DNA from: Escherichia phage QL01 | Sequence record: NC_028847.1 | Direction: 5' to 3' (one strand) | Length of the DNA: 64,000 bases | Shown here: piece after piece, positions 26,910 to 36,422 of the stretch | Layout of the letters: each line of letters starts with the position of its first letter | Position numbering within the stretch: position 1 is the stretch's first letter | Program-made: the position numbers and the translations under genes | The notes under the pieces: generated by a model | Database searches by the model: none | What the model was told of the DNA's origin: nothing | What the model saw: the letters and a program-made list of their open reading frames with translations, nothing else

Positions 26910-29621
26910 TTAAAAGTCGAACATATCAAATAATGTTGCTTTTTTCTCGTAGTCGATTTTAGCAGACTCAGTAAAACCGGTCAGAGGTTTGATAAAGGTC
27001 TTTTGGAACAGTACGTTGTAGTCCATCCAACGGAGGACTTGGTCACGAATCTGAACCGGAAGTTCAATACCTGACGGCCATGCCATACAAGCTTCACCAA
27101 ACGGGTTGCCTTCTTTAAGTGGCAGTACATATACCTTTTCACCATCAACGATACGAGGCATAGTCAAATCACCTGCAGAAGCACGCATGTAAGCTAAGCA
27201 ACCTTTGATGTGGTATGGACATTTAGAACCCGGGAATCCACCTTCATTATATTTCTCGATGTTGTTAGCACTGGATACTGCTGCAATGCTTACATAATCG
27301 AGTTCGTTAAATTCCTTATTAAACTGTTTGAAATATTCTTGCAAAGATGCCTCGCCTTCCTGAAGCATACGACGGATACATTCCTTCAGAGCTTTCTGAA
27401 CTGCTTTAGGTGTACTTGATTTCTGAGTTTCGAGACCCATGATTTTCAAGTGTGGTTCAGCATAACGAGTACCTTCCATGTCCCAAACGTTAAGTGCATA
27501 ACGTTTCTTGCCTGTCCAGAATCCACCAAGGCCTTTAGAACCAAGTGGAGGACCTGCGATAGCTTCTCGGTCCATGAACATCAAGTGTTGTTTGTTGTTC
27601 ATGTATTCGCACATCTCACGGAAGCCTGCATCAATAGCTGGTTCCATACGTTCACGTGCAAATTTATCTAAGAAGTCGACCCAGTGGTTAGTATCACGGA
27701 ATTTATCTTCGCCTACTTTATTGATGATTGCATCTGCCTTAACATAAATGGAGTCAGTATCACCGTAGAGCACGAACTTCTGGTTTTCAGTCTTACACAC
27801 GCTATTCAGATATTCGTTAACCTTACGTTCAATCCATTGGAGGGCCATTTGACCAAACAATGTGATTGCAGTTGCGTTCCTGAGGTCATAGTAACGGAAC
27901 CATACGTTACCAAGTGCACCATAAAGGGAGTTGATAAGCAACTTACGGTTAATCTGAGCAGTGTTACCTGCAACTTCAGTGAGCTCGGCTTTCTTCAACA
28001 TTTCTCTTAAAGAAGGCGCTGACAGTGCTTTAATCTGGGCTTTGATTTCGTCAGAGAAGTCAAAACGATAATCGATATCCAGTGGACTATCAACTGAGAG
28101 ATTAGGATTTTCCAATGCTTCTTTAATTAACTCACCATTACGTTGAGCTGCAAGCATGTAACCTTTATGTTCTTTACGCTGCAAGAATACCTTGGTGATT
28201 TCTGTCGGAATCACACCTTCACGGTCTTTATAGTACATCATGCCGTTAGGAGAGCAACTGTAGGTGTCGCTAGGACGCTGAGCAGTTCCGGCAATATATT
28301 CATGTATCGGTGCGTTAGCGAATGTCCCTGCGATGGTCTCTGGGCTTATATTCACTTGTCGAATGATACTCGGATACAGAGATGTAAGGTCGAAACTCAT
28401 TACATATTTGTAAGCGTTAGGAATCGGTTCCTTAACGAAAGCACCAGGATAAGGTTGGACCACGTGTGAGCGAGCTTGTGGAATTACCTTGCCTTGTTCT
28501 TTAAGGCTATTAAAGATAATAGCGTCCCAAGTCTTAATTGGGCTGAACACCGACTGAATCTGCATCTTGGCATAATAACCCATGTCCAAACTCAGAAGAA
28601 TGAACTGACGCTTCATATCAATCTGCACTACACGATATACGTCGATAATGTTATAGGAAATATATCGTTGGTGGTTCGTCTCACGTAACTTGGAGATTGG
28701 GCCATCATATTTCAACTTACCTACTTTCAATTCATATTCAGAAACATAATCCAGAGAATAAGAAGGCTGGTTGGTGAAGCTGAATTTTTTATAGAGGTCG
28801 ATATAATCCAGAACAGAGATACCGAACAATGTAATGATTTCACGAGCACCGTACATGTTCTCAATAACTTTAACACGAGTTTTACGATGTGGGCTTAATC
28901 GCTTAGCAGTGTTCTCACCGAACAGATTTTTCAGACGGTTATAAACGTACGGTACGTCAAACGACTCAACGTTCCATCCAGTCAAAATCACAGGAGTTTT
29001 CTGTTGCCAGAAATTCAAGTACTCAAGCATCATTTCTTCTTCAGAATTAAACGGAAGATAAACGATTTTGTCAATGATTTCTTGTGGAACTTCGTCACCG
29101 CCTTCGTCTTGGAGTTTCTCAGCGATTTTAATCGACCACTCTTCGACAGTACCATAAGGCGAAACTAAAAGGTCGAATACATAGAATTTATCGTCAATCG
29201 AGTCGTAGTGGGTAATGGCATCGATAGGATGTTTAGCCTGAGCTGGTTCAGGGAATCCATCAGGAGATGTTACCTCGATGTCGAAGTTAGCAATACGAAT
29301 CTTAGAAGAATCATATTTGATTTCTTTACGATAGGTATCAGACAAATAGGCTAATTTATAGTCGTCCATACCCAGGGCTTCGAGACCCATATCATCCATA
29401 CGTTTCATCCATTGGGATGCATCACGCATAGAATCGAATTCTTTCTTAACACAACCCTTACCATAGATATCAATGTATTTTACGGCTTGCTCTGGATTAG
29501 CATGCATAAACATTGTAGGCTTGTAAGGAACTTCACGACTACGTTCGTTACCATTTTTATCGATGTAACGTTCGAGAATATTATCACCGATTTGTTCGAC
29601 TGTCAAATAGAATTCTTGCAT
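26910..29621 (-). CDS. 43: DNA polymerase (family B)
   Basis: Start at MQEFYLTVEQIGD (AAGGAA SD), 903 aa; exonuclease FDIEV and polymerase YGDTDS motifs; very close to RB69 gp43 as remembered. Confidence 0.95.
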   Translation of the reverse strand: MQEFYLTVEQIGDNILERYIDKNGNERSREVPYKPTMFMHANPEQAVKYIDIYGKGCVKKEFDSMRDASQWMKRMDDMGLEALGMDDYKLAYLSDTYRKEIKYDSSKIRIANFDIEVTSPDGFPEPAQAKHPIDAITHYDSIDDKFYVFDLLVSPYGTVEEWSIKIAEKLQDEGGDEVPQEIIDKIVYLPFNSEEEMMLEYLNFWQQKTPVILTGWNVESFDVPYVYNRLKNLFGENTAKRLSPHRKTRVKVIENMYGAREIITLFGISVLDYIDLYKKFSFTNQPSYSLDYVSEYELKVGKLKYDGPISKLRETNHQRYISYNIIDVYRVVQIDMKRQFILLSLDMGYYAKMQIQSVFSPIKTWDAIIFNSLKEQGKVIPQARSHVVQPYPGAFVKEPIPNAYKYVMSFDLTSLYPSIIRQVNISPETIAGTFANAPIHEYIAGTAQRPSDTYSCSPNGMMYYKDREGVIPTEITKVFLQRKEHKGYMLAAQRNGELIKEALENPNLSVDSPLDIDYRFDFSDEIKAQIKALSAPSLREMLKKAELTEVAGNTAQINRKLLINSLYGALGNVWFRYYDLRNATAITLFGQMALQWIERKVNEYLNSVCKTENQKFVLYGDTDSIYVKADAIINKVGEDKFRDTNHWVDFLDKFARERMEPAIDAGFREMCEYMNNKQHLMFMDREAIAGPPLGSKGLGGFWTGKKRYALNVWDMEGTRYAEPHLKIMGLETQKSSTPKAVQKALKECIRRMLQEGEASLQEYFKQFNKEFNELDYVSIAAVSSANNIEKYNEGGFPGSKCPYHIKGCLAYMRASAGDLTMPRIVDGEKVYVLPLKEGNPFGEACMAWPSGIELPVQIRDQVLRWMDYNVLFQKTFIKPLTGFTESAKIDYEKKATLFDMFDF

Positions 29622-29636
29622 TTCATTTCCTTTATA

Positions 29637-29652
29637 GACGAGTGATTGTCTT
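29637..29652 (-). promoter_or_regulatory. gene 43 translational operator-like hairpin
   Basis: mRNA hairpin AGAC-AAUCACUC-GUCU (8-nt loop) just 5' of UAUAAAGGAAAUG... resembles the gp43 autoregulatory operator of T4/RB69. Confidence 0.45.
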
Positions 29653-29681
29653 TTGTTTGTTGATGAATCATTATACTCCAA

Positions 29682-29699
29682 AAGGGACCGAAGTCCCTT
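29682..29699 (-). terminator. intrinsic terminator upstream of gene 43 leader
   Basis: Stem AAGGGAC/GTCCCTT, UUCG loop, U-tract. Confidence 0.55.
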
Positions 29700-29702
29700 T
29701 GC

Positions 29703-29918
29703 TTAAATTTCTATTGTAAAACGTTTAATGGATGGATTGCCATATTCGTCTTTAGTTCTAATCATAGCCTGGAAGACTTGCTGGCCAGGATGTAGTAACT
29801 TTTGGAGGTCCTTTTGAAATTCTATTTGGAGCTCTTCGGAAAGGTCAAAAACAGTTTGAGTTGGAGAAAGTCCGTATACCTCTTTAAGACGTTCACACGT
29901 TTCAATTTCAAGAATCAT
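29703..29918 (-). CDS. hypothetical small protein
   Basis: Track ORF trimmed to Met23; between regA and the gene 43 leader. Confidence 0.35.
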   Translation of the reverse strand: MILEIETCERLKEVYGLSPTQTVFDLSEELQIEFQKDLQKLLHPGQQVFQAMIRTKDEYGNPSIKRFTIEI

Positions 29919-29919
29919 A

Positions 29920-30282
29920 TTAATTACCAATGGTGTACTTAGACAGTAGTTCCCAGTCATTTTTCTGCTTAAAGGAAATGACACGGAAGTTATTGGTGAT
30001 TTCGAACAGTTCAGAGTCGTCTACGATATCAATCAGTCCCCACTCCTTAAGAAGCTGGGCAATTGAATCACGACGTTGGTAGTCTTCACCATCGATATCA
30101 ACTTGGCGGCCATCCATACGCAACATCTCTTTAAAGTGGACGATATAGTATAGCCCTTGCTTTTGCAGAATGTGGCAGGATTGATATAGTTTCTTTTCTT
30201 TATTATTAGCGATACCCATACGAGTTAGGGTCTCTTTCACTTTCAAGAAGTCTTCAGGTTGTTTCAGAGTAATTTCAATCAT
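29920..30282 (-). CDS. regA: RegA translational repressor
   Basis: 120 aa; near-identical to T4 RegA (MIEITLK.PEDFLKVKETLTRMGIAN...). Confidence 0.95.
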   Translation of the reverse strand: MIEITLKQPEDFLKVKETLTRMGIANNKEKKLYQSCHILQKQGLYYIVHFKEMLRMDGRQVDIDGEDYQRRDSIAQLLKEWGLIDIVDDSELFEITNNFRVISFKQKNDWELLSKYTIGN

Positions 30283-30288
30283 TTTAAT

Positions 30289-30861
30289 TTACCATTCCAA
30301 TGCTTTCTTTTTCAAGTCTTTTTGTTCTTTAACATTTTTAGTTACGGATTTCAGGAATTCGTCCGTAACCAACCCTTTCATCTTCTTAAGCACTGCCGGA
30401 AGATGGCCTTTAATTTTATAAGTCTCGAGATAACGATAAGCGTCATCATTATTAATTGAATGGTATTTCATCAATAAACGAGTAATAAAAACTACACTAA
30501 CTTCATCATCATGGGCCTTAGCCCATTTACCAAACCTCTTACCCTTAGGAACAGTGTGTAAAAGATAGTTGAAATGACTTTGGTCATCAAGTTTCAGACA
30601 GTTAACCATTGCAGCCTGCATAATACAATCCACATGTTGGCTCAAACTATTATCGAGCCAAAATTGATTGTAGTTTTCCGACTGAGCCAAGTTACGTTGG
30701 TTCTTACCATATGTGATATCGTTCATAATGGCGAACAGTTCGTTTTCAGCCTTTTCTTTAAATGAATCGGCCAAGGCTTGAATTGCAGCGTCGTTACGTG
30801 ATTTCCAAGCAACTTCATGTTCGTTCAGTTCAACGTCATCATCAAAAAGACTTATAGCCAT
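30289..30861 (-). CDS. 62: clamp loader small subunit
   Basis: 190 aa; matches T4 gp62 (NEHEVAW, FKEKAENE, VTKNVKEQK.LKK.ALEW). Confidence 0.9.
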   Translation of the reverse strand: MAISLFDDDVELNEHEVAWKSRNDAAIQALADSFKEKAENELFAIMNDITYGKNQRNLAQSENYNQFWLDNSLSQHVDCIMQAAMVNCLKLDDQSHFNYLLHTVPKGKRFGKWAKAHDDEVSVVFITRLLMKYHSINNDDAYRYLETYKIKGHLPAVLKKMKGLVTDEFLKSVTKNVKEQKDLKKKALEW

Positions 30862-31811
30862 TGGAGCTCCAGAGCAAGTTGGATGAACAGATAAGTCATG
30901 TGAATTTCTGGGTTAGCCGCAATACCGTGGTATTGGTTATTTTCACCGACAATTTCGTACATTCTAACAATGCTTGGCCCAGGCAATTTACCATAGAGTT
31001 CGTTAGCCAGCGACATAATAAAGTTGGAATAATCGTTGACATGACGTGGAGCTAATGCACGGAGTTCTTTAAAGTTTTTATCTTTAAGTGCAGCCACTAC
31101 TTCATCGATAGGCGAATTGGTATTCATTACAATACTCAAAATGCCTGTATCGATTTTACCACTGGATGAGTAACGGTCCAGTTGGTTAACTGTTTTACGG
31201 AAGTCAGGAAAGTTTTGTTTAACTAAGGCAGCAATAACTTTAAGGTCTTCGGCTTCGATATTTTCGTTTTTACAGATTGCTACAGCACGATGAATCATTT
31301 CTTTCATCATGGATGTTTGGTCGGCCGGGGTGGCTTCACCAAATTTAATAACACGACAACGGGATTGAAGTGGACCGATAATACCATCAATATTGTTTGC
31401 TGTAATAATTACAGAACAGTTTGAGGAATAGGCTTCTAAGAACGAACGAAGGTGACGTTGAGCTTCAGCAACACCGGCGCGGTCGAATTCGTCGATAACA
31501 ATTACCTTACGCTTACCTTCGATAGATTTGGAAGATGCAAAACGAGTAAGTTCATTACGAACGAAATCAATACGGCAGTCAGAACCGTTAACAAACAACA
31601 TGTCTGAATTTGTATCAGCACACAATGCTTTAGCTACGGTAGTTTTACCTGTGCCTGGTGAAGCAGAGACTAGGATAATGTTAGGGATTAGGCCCTTATT
31701 AACAATGGCTTGGAGGGTTTCTTTATCATGCGCAGGCAGAATACACTCAGATAAAGTACCTGGACGATATTTCTGTTCCCACATGAATTCATTATTGTTT
31801 ACTGTAAGCAT
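30852..31811 (-). CDS. 44: clamp loader large subunit (AAA+)
   Basis: 319 aa; Walker A SPGTGKTT, Walker B VIDEFD; stop overlaps gene 62 start. Confidence 0.9.
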   Translation of the reverse strand: MLTVNNNEFMWEQKYRPGTLSECILPAHDKETLQAIVNKGLIPNIILVSASPGTGKTTVAKALCADTNSDMLFVNGSDCRIDFVRNELTRFASSKSIEGKRKVIVIDEFDRAGVAEAQRHLRSFLEAYSSNCSVIITANNIDGIIGPLQSRCRVIKFGEATPADQTSMMKEMIHRAVAICKNENIEAEDLKVIAALVKQNFPDFRKTVNQLDRYSSSGKIDTGILSIVMNTNSPIDEVVAALKDKNFKELRALAPRHVNDYSNFIMSLANELYGKLPGPSIVRMYEIVGENNQYHGIAANPEIHMTYLFIQLALELQWL

Positions 31812-31872
31812 ATTAATTTCCTCAGGTTTGTTTTTACATTATACTCCAAGGGAGGAATTTCCTCCCTATGCT

Positions 31873-32571
31873 TTAGAACGAGTGGCTTGAGCCTGCTTCC
31901 ATAGCCAATACATAAGAAGCTTGTGAACCTTCAAACTTGGCTGCGAAACGAGCGTCCTGGCCTTCACCACGGGCCCATAACAATACATGGTAATCGGCAG
32001 GCATCATTTTCATATTAGTTTTGTTGATAATGAATTTGAATTCAGGGCCATCATGATCTGCAACCACTAAGGAATACAATGGACGGGCCAGGTCCTTATC
32101 ATCAACTTGTTTGTAGCCATTGATTACAATTTTACCATTGTCTACAGTAATAGCAAATGTATCAATACTCAGTCCAGAGGACACACGCATCAACTGCTGG
32201 TAATCTTCGGCTTTAAGGTCAAAAATAACTTCAGCCACCGGGAACGGAATAGCTTTGCTTGGGAATGCAATTGTGCTTGGGTCGGCAATAGGCCACTTAA
32301 TAGTTGAACGTTGGTCTTTAATAATTAAAGTGGTTTGGTCTTCACTTACCGAAACTTCAGCACTTTCAGATACCAATGACAGAATACTTAAGAAGCCGTT
32401 CAGGTCGTAGATTGCGGCTTCGATATCAAAGGTGTCATTTACAGTAGCTTCACCATAACTTGCACCCGTTACTGAACGAGTTAGAATAGTGTTACCAGGT
32501 TTAAGCATGATACCTGGGTTAATACCGGAGAAGTTTTTCAGAATGTTCAGAGTTTCTTTAGAGAATTTCAT
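31873..32571 (-). CDS. 45: sliding clamp
   Basis: 232 aa; high similarity to T4 gp45 along full length. Confidence 0.9.
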   Translation of the reverse strand: MKFSKETLNILKNFSGINPGIMLKPGNTILTRSVTGASYGEATVNDTFDIEAAIYDLNGFLSILSLVSESAEVSVSEDQTTLIIKDQRSTIKWPIADPSTIAFPSKAIPFPVAEVIFDLKAEDYQQLMRVSSGLSIDTFAITVDNGKIVINGYKQVDDKDLARPLYSLVVADHDGPEFKFIINKTNMKMMPADYHVLLWARGEGQDARFAAKFEGSQASYVLAMEAGSSHSF

Positions 32572-32599
32572 AATGTTTCCTTATCAAGTCAAAAATTAA

Positions 32600-33013
32600 T
32601 TAAGCAATAACGATCATTTGTTTACGAATGGATTCAGGCAGAGATTCAATATACTCTGGAATCTGGGAAGCAACAATAGCACCAGCTTCAAGCAGTTGTT
32701 CGTCAAAATCTACACAATAATCATCTTCGAGACGTTCAGAACCATCACGGTCGATAACCAGTTTAGCACCTGCGGCCAGTGAATCATTATAGTGGCGACG
32801 CATAATTTCTACCCACTTATCGGATACGTCGTTATCAATGATACCGTAGAGCATGAACTTAGTTTCTTGTGGAAGAGACTGCAGACGACGTGCAGAGTCG
32901 GTATCAATATTCAGTACCCATGATTTACGGATACGGTTTTGATTATGTGGGTTGGAATCAGTACGAATGGTTTTAACTTGGATATCTTTAACAGTAATAG
33001 CGTTAGCAAACAT
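32600..33013 (-). CDS. rpbA: RNA polymerase binding protein A-like
   Basis: Start at MFANAI; position downstream of 46/45.2 and upstream of 45; MotA-type promoter upstream. Confidence 0.5.
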   Translation of the reverse strand: MFANAITVKDIQVKTIRTDSNPHNQNRIRKSWVLNIDTDSARRLQSLPQETKFMLYGIIDNDVSDKWVEIMRRHYNDSLAAGAKLVIDRDGSERLEDDYCVDFDEQLLEAGAIVASQIPEYIESLPESIRKQMIVIA

Positions 33014-33043
33014 AATATTTTCTCTCATTTGGTTGGTAGATGT

Positions 33044-33067
33044 ATTATAAATCAATATTTTAAAGCA
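33044..33067 (-). promoter_or_regulatory. MotA-type middle promoter upstream of rpbA
   Basis: Minus-strand TGCTTTA, 11 nt, TATAAT. Confidence 0.45.
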
Positions 33068-33073
33068 CTTAAT

Positions 33074-33265
33074 TTAATCAAAGTATTCATAAACGAACCA
33101 GGCAGGATTCCTGTTCGACATGATTCTATCATACTCTGACTTAAAAGCATTTCGGAGATAATCTTCAGTAACAAGATGTTCGTCTCCAGAGAAGTTATTA
33201 ACTAAAACATACCGCTTTAGTTCAGGAACGGCCAACAAATGCTGGCCTGTTATAAAATCACTCAT
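33074..33265 (-). CDS. hypothetical protein (45.2 position)
   Basis: 63 aa ORF coupled to gene 46. Confidence 0.45.
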   Translation of the reverse strand: MSDFITGQHLLAVPELKRYVLVNNFSGDEHLVTEDYLRNAFKSEYDRIMSNRNPAWFVYEYFD

Positions 33266-34944
33266 TCCATCACCGTGAATCGTCCAACTTTCTTCATTTG
33301 AAGATGTTGGCCATAAGCTTGTGGGTCATGGTCTCGGTGAGAGATAATGAACACGTTCGTATCCTCAAGGCTATTCAAGATGGTTGCAATGGTCTTAACG
33401 CCTTCAGCGTCAGTAGCACTGTCAAATACCTCATCAAGAATTAACGTGCTGATATTAACACCTGATACCTTAGAAGCAATATCGCGCCATGTAAAAAGTA
33501 GTGCGATATCAATACGTGCTTTCTCACCCTGTGAAAATGAAGCATAACTAAAGTCTTCACGTCCACGTGATTTAATCGTCTCATTGAACTCTTCGTCTAG
33601 TGTAAAGACGTAGTCGGCTTCCATAATCTTCAAATAAGAATTTATCTGCTTATTAAAGATAGGAATGTATTTCTTAATAATGGAACCTTTAATACCAGTA
33701 TCCTTCAACATTTCTGTCAGAATTCCACGATGGTATTTTTCCATTACCAAGGACGATTTGGTAGAGACGATTTTATCAAGCTCTGCTTGAAGCGCGGCAA
33801 TCTCTTCGGCATTACTTACGAACTCAGCAGCTGCTTGGTCGATTAATACTTTAACTTTTTTAGCTTTCTCTACGGCAGTAATGGCTTGTTGCTTATGAGT
33901 AGCTATCTGAGATTTAATAGCCAGAGCTTTATTACGTTGTTCGGTTACTTGGTCCTTAATGAGCTTGAGTTCTTGGTACTGTTCGTTAATCTTATCCAAA
34001 GATTTTTGAAGCTCAAAGTTCTTATCCTTAATTTTAGTAAGGATATTTCCATGCTCTTCCAGTCCTTGCATACATGTAGGACAACTACCACCGGTTTCGT
34101 ATAATTTCACGACCTTAGTAAAGGTTGCCATATCATTCTTGATTGCAAATCCTTTATTGCTCAGGTCACTCATAGAGTTGCTAGGGTCATCATCGACGAT
34201 GACATTGAGTAATTCATCAGTCAGTTTTTCTATATTGCCCTTCGCAGTCCTGGCTTCTTTAACGAGCTCATCGTACATTGTTTGTAGACGTGCTGCGTTC
34301 TCACCTGATAATTTACGCTGACGTTCTTCGTTGTCATTATAAATTTTAATTTGCTGGATAATAGAATCCTGTTTAACGTCGATTACTTGGATTTGGCTAT
34401 TAGTCTCACGAATCAAAGATTTGTTCAACTTGTCCATATCCGCTAATACAGAAACCTCTAAGAGGTCTTCCACAAGCTTTCGGCGCGCAGGGGTCGACAA
34501 ACCCATGAAAGGGGTATACCCTGCTGTACCAAGTACGACAATCTGTTTGAAACTGGTATATGACATTCCGATAAGCTGTTCAAATTCTGCTTGGAAGTCT
34601 TTACTGCTGGCAGATTCATCAAGACGTTCACCGCCACAAGAGATTTCAAAAACGTTCGGTTTTTGCCCGCGCTTGATATAGTATTCTTTGCCATCATATT
34701 CCATCCACAGTTCGACCAAAAGGTCTTTCTTATTACTTGAGTTAATCAACTGCCCTTTCTTAACATCACGAAAAGGCTTACCGAACAGAGCAAATGTAAC
34801 GGCTTCAAGGAACGTAGATTTACCAGCGCCGTTTTTACCGGTGACTAAGGTCTTTTGGACCTTATCAAGTTGGATTGTAATAGGTTGCTGGCCTACCGAC
34901 ATAATATTTTTATACGTTACTTTCTTTAACTTAAACGTTTTCAT
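33262..34944 (-). CDS. 46: recombination endonuclease subunit (Rad50/SbcC-like)
   Basis: 560 aa; Walker A GKNGAGKST, long coiled coil, C-terminal LILDEVFD signature. Confidence 0.9.
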   Translation of the reverse strand: MKTFKLKKVTYKNIMSVGQQPITIQLDKVQKTLVTGKNGAGKSTFLEAVTFALFGKPFRDVKKGQLINSSNKKDLLVELWMEYDGKEYYIKRGQKPNVFEISCGGERLDESASSKDFQAEFEQLIGMSYTSFKQIVVLGTAGYTPFMGLSTPARRKLVEDLLEVSVLADMDKLNKSLIRETNSQIQVIDVKQDSIIQQIKIYNDNEERQRKLSGENAARLQTMYDELVKEARTAKGNIEKLTDELLNVIVDDDPSNSMSDLSNKGFAIKNDMATFTKVVKLYETGGSCPTCMQGLEEHGNILTKIKDKNFELQKSLDKINEQYQELKLIKDQVTEQRNKALAIKSQIATHKQQAITAVEKAKKVKVLIDQAAAEFVSNAEEIAALQAELDKIVSTKSSLVMEKYHRGILTEMLKDTGIKGSIIKKYIPIFNKQINSYLKIMEADYVFTLDEEFNETIKSRGREDFSYASFSQGEKARIDIALLFTWRDIASKVSGVNISTLILDEVFDSATDAEGVKTIATILNSLEDTNVFIISHRDHDPQAYGQHLQMKKVGRFTVME

Positions 34945-35165
34945 GTATTGTTCTCACGAATTGTTTGTTCAGCATATTCTAGCATTTCTTCGGAAGAAGC
35001 AAACACGTCGTCAAGTTCCATGGCCCATGAAACACCTTCAGAATATTCAGAAGTGACATACATAGTTCCGGTATACCAAGAACCATCCACGTCCCATTCT
35101 ACATTACCGAACCAGCCATCGCCAATATGAAAATCATGTTTATACATTTTCATCATTATAAGCAT
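34941..35165 (-). CDS. hypothetical protein
   Basis: 74 aa ORF between 47 and 46. Confidence 0.4.
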   Translation of the reverse strand: MLIMMKMYKHDFHIGDGWFGNVEWDVDGSWYTGTMYVTSEYSEGVSWAMELDDVFASSEEMLEYAEQTIRENNT

Positions 35166-35403
35166 CCTTGATGCATGATTCAGCCATATGAATTAATGTT
35201 TCTGGAGTATCATCTACCATTACATTAAAGCTAAATTCCACAGCCCAATCAGTAGCAACATAAACTTTAATAAGCTCGTTGGTATCGCGAGTGCTCACGG
35301 CTTCAAACCAGAACTTAATGATATTCGTTTGGTTATCGTCATCAATAACGATGCAGTCGTGTTCTAGTTCAAGGCCTGATTTTTTGAATTCATCTAAAGT
35401 CAT
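35140..35403 (-). CDS. hypothetical protein
   Basis: 87 aa ORF between 47 and 46. Confidence 0.4.
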   Translation of the reverse strand: MTLDEFKKSGLELEHDCIVIDDDNQTNIIKFWFEAVSTRDTNELIKVYVATDWAVEFSFNVMVDDTPETLIHMAESCIKDAYNDENV

Positions 35404-36422
35404 CGTGTAACCTCATTATAAAGTTGTGCGGTCATAGTCTTAAGGGCTTTAACATCGTCTTCAGTGTGGCCATCAGGAAGGGCATCGATATAATCATACA
35501 TCATATCCAAGAGGGACTTAACTTCATCTTCCTCTTCAGAATCATCGATATCAACACTGTTATCTACCTTAGACACAATACGTAAAGAGTGAACAACCTT
35601 TTCAAGTTCAGATTCGAACTTGGTAAGCCCGTCATCAATTTTATCGACTATAACACGAACCGCAATATTTGTAAAATCTTTGTAATCGATAGTCGCATTC
35701 GGATAATGAATCTTACGATGCCAACAAGTTTCATTGATGATGAAATCCATTTTATGGGTTTCTGTATCGAAAATCCAGAAGCCACGAGGGTCGTTCTCAT
35801 CACCTGCAGTCAGGGTCCATGGCGTACCAATATACTTGACGTTTGCTGCATCAGAAATGGTGTGGAAGTGACCAGACCATACTTGCTTATACTTCTTAAG
35901 GAAATCAGGTTCTAAACCATGTGATTTCATTCCTTTATAGAAATAGAAACCATTTAATTCCCAGTGGCCAATACAGAAATCGGCAGTAGTATTTTTGATA
36001 TGGTCCATGATATCAGTCGTGTTTTCTTCACACATCCATGGAATCAAATCAATTTCTGTACCATCAAAGTTAACCGTAGTAGGTTTCTCAATAACCTTGA
36101 TATGGTCGTATTTACCCAGAACTTCAGAAGCAGCGTTCGGTGTCAAGGTATTTTTGTAGTGTGCATCATGGTTACCAACAACAGTATACATGGTAATGCC
36201 ATTTTCTTTAAGCAAATCTGAAATATGTCTGGCAAATTCCATGCACTTATGAGTAATTGCTTTACGAACATCAAAAATATCACCATACTGAATCCAGACA
36301 GTGATACCATTTGCTTTAGAATAATTGATGGCGTCTTTAATGCCTGCCAATTGAATATTTTGCACCCAAGGGTCGTCGTTCTTCACTCCAAGGTGCCAGT
36401 CACCCGTATTAAGAATTTTCAT
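35400..36422 (-). CDS. 47: recombination endonuclease subunit (Mre11/SbcD-like)
   Basis: Start at MKILNTGDWHLG (340 aa); calcineurin-like phosphoesterase motifs GDWH, GNHD, GHFH. Confidence 0.85.
   Translation of the reverse strand: MKILNTGDWHLGVKNDDPWVQNIQLAGIKDAINYSKANGITVWIQYGDIFDVRKAITHKCMEFARHISDLLKENGITMYTVVGNHDAHYKNTLTPNAASEVLGKYDHIKVIEKPTTVNFDGTEIDLIPWMCEENTTDIMDHIKNTTADFCIGHWELNGFYFYKGMKSHGLEPDFLKKYKQVWSGHFHTISDAANVKYIGTPWTLTAGDENDPRGFWIFDTETHKMDFIINETCWHRKIHYPNATIDYKDFTNIAVRVIVDKIDDGLTKFESELEKVVHSLRIVSKVDNSVDIDDSEEEDEVKSLLDMMYDYIDALPDGHTEDDVKALKTMTAQLYNEVTR

Noticed and set aside
26910-29681. 923 aa extended form of gene 43 from the ORF track
   Set aside because: The first 20 codons start at a non-ATG codon without an RBS; the internal Met with AAGGAA SD gives the canonical MQEFYLTVEQ N-terminus (903 aa).
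29919-29940. Apparent frame inconsistency at the regA 3' end when translating by hand
   Set aside because: My manual reading disagreed with the ORF-track frame by one nucleotide; most likely a transcription error on my side, so track coordinates were kept and no frameshift or pseudogene is claimed.
32572-32600. MotA-type middle promoter upstream of gene 45
   Set aside because: A TGCTTAA box is present on the minus strand but no acceptable -10 (TAnnnT) sits at the right spacing.
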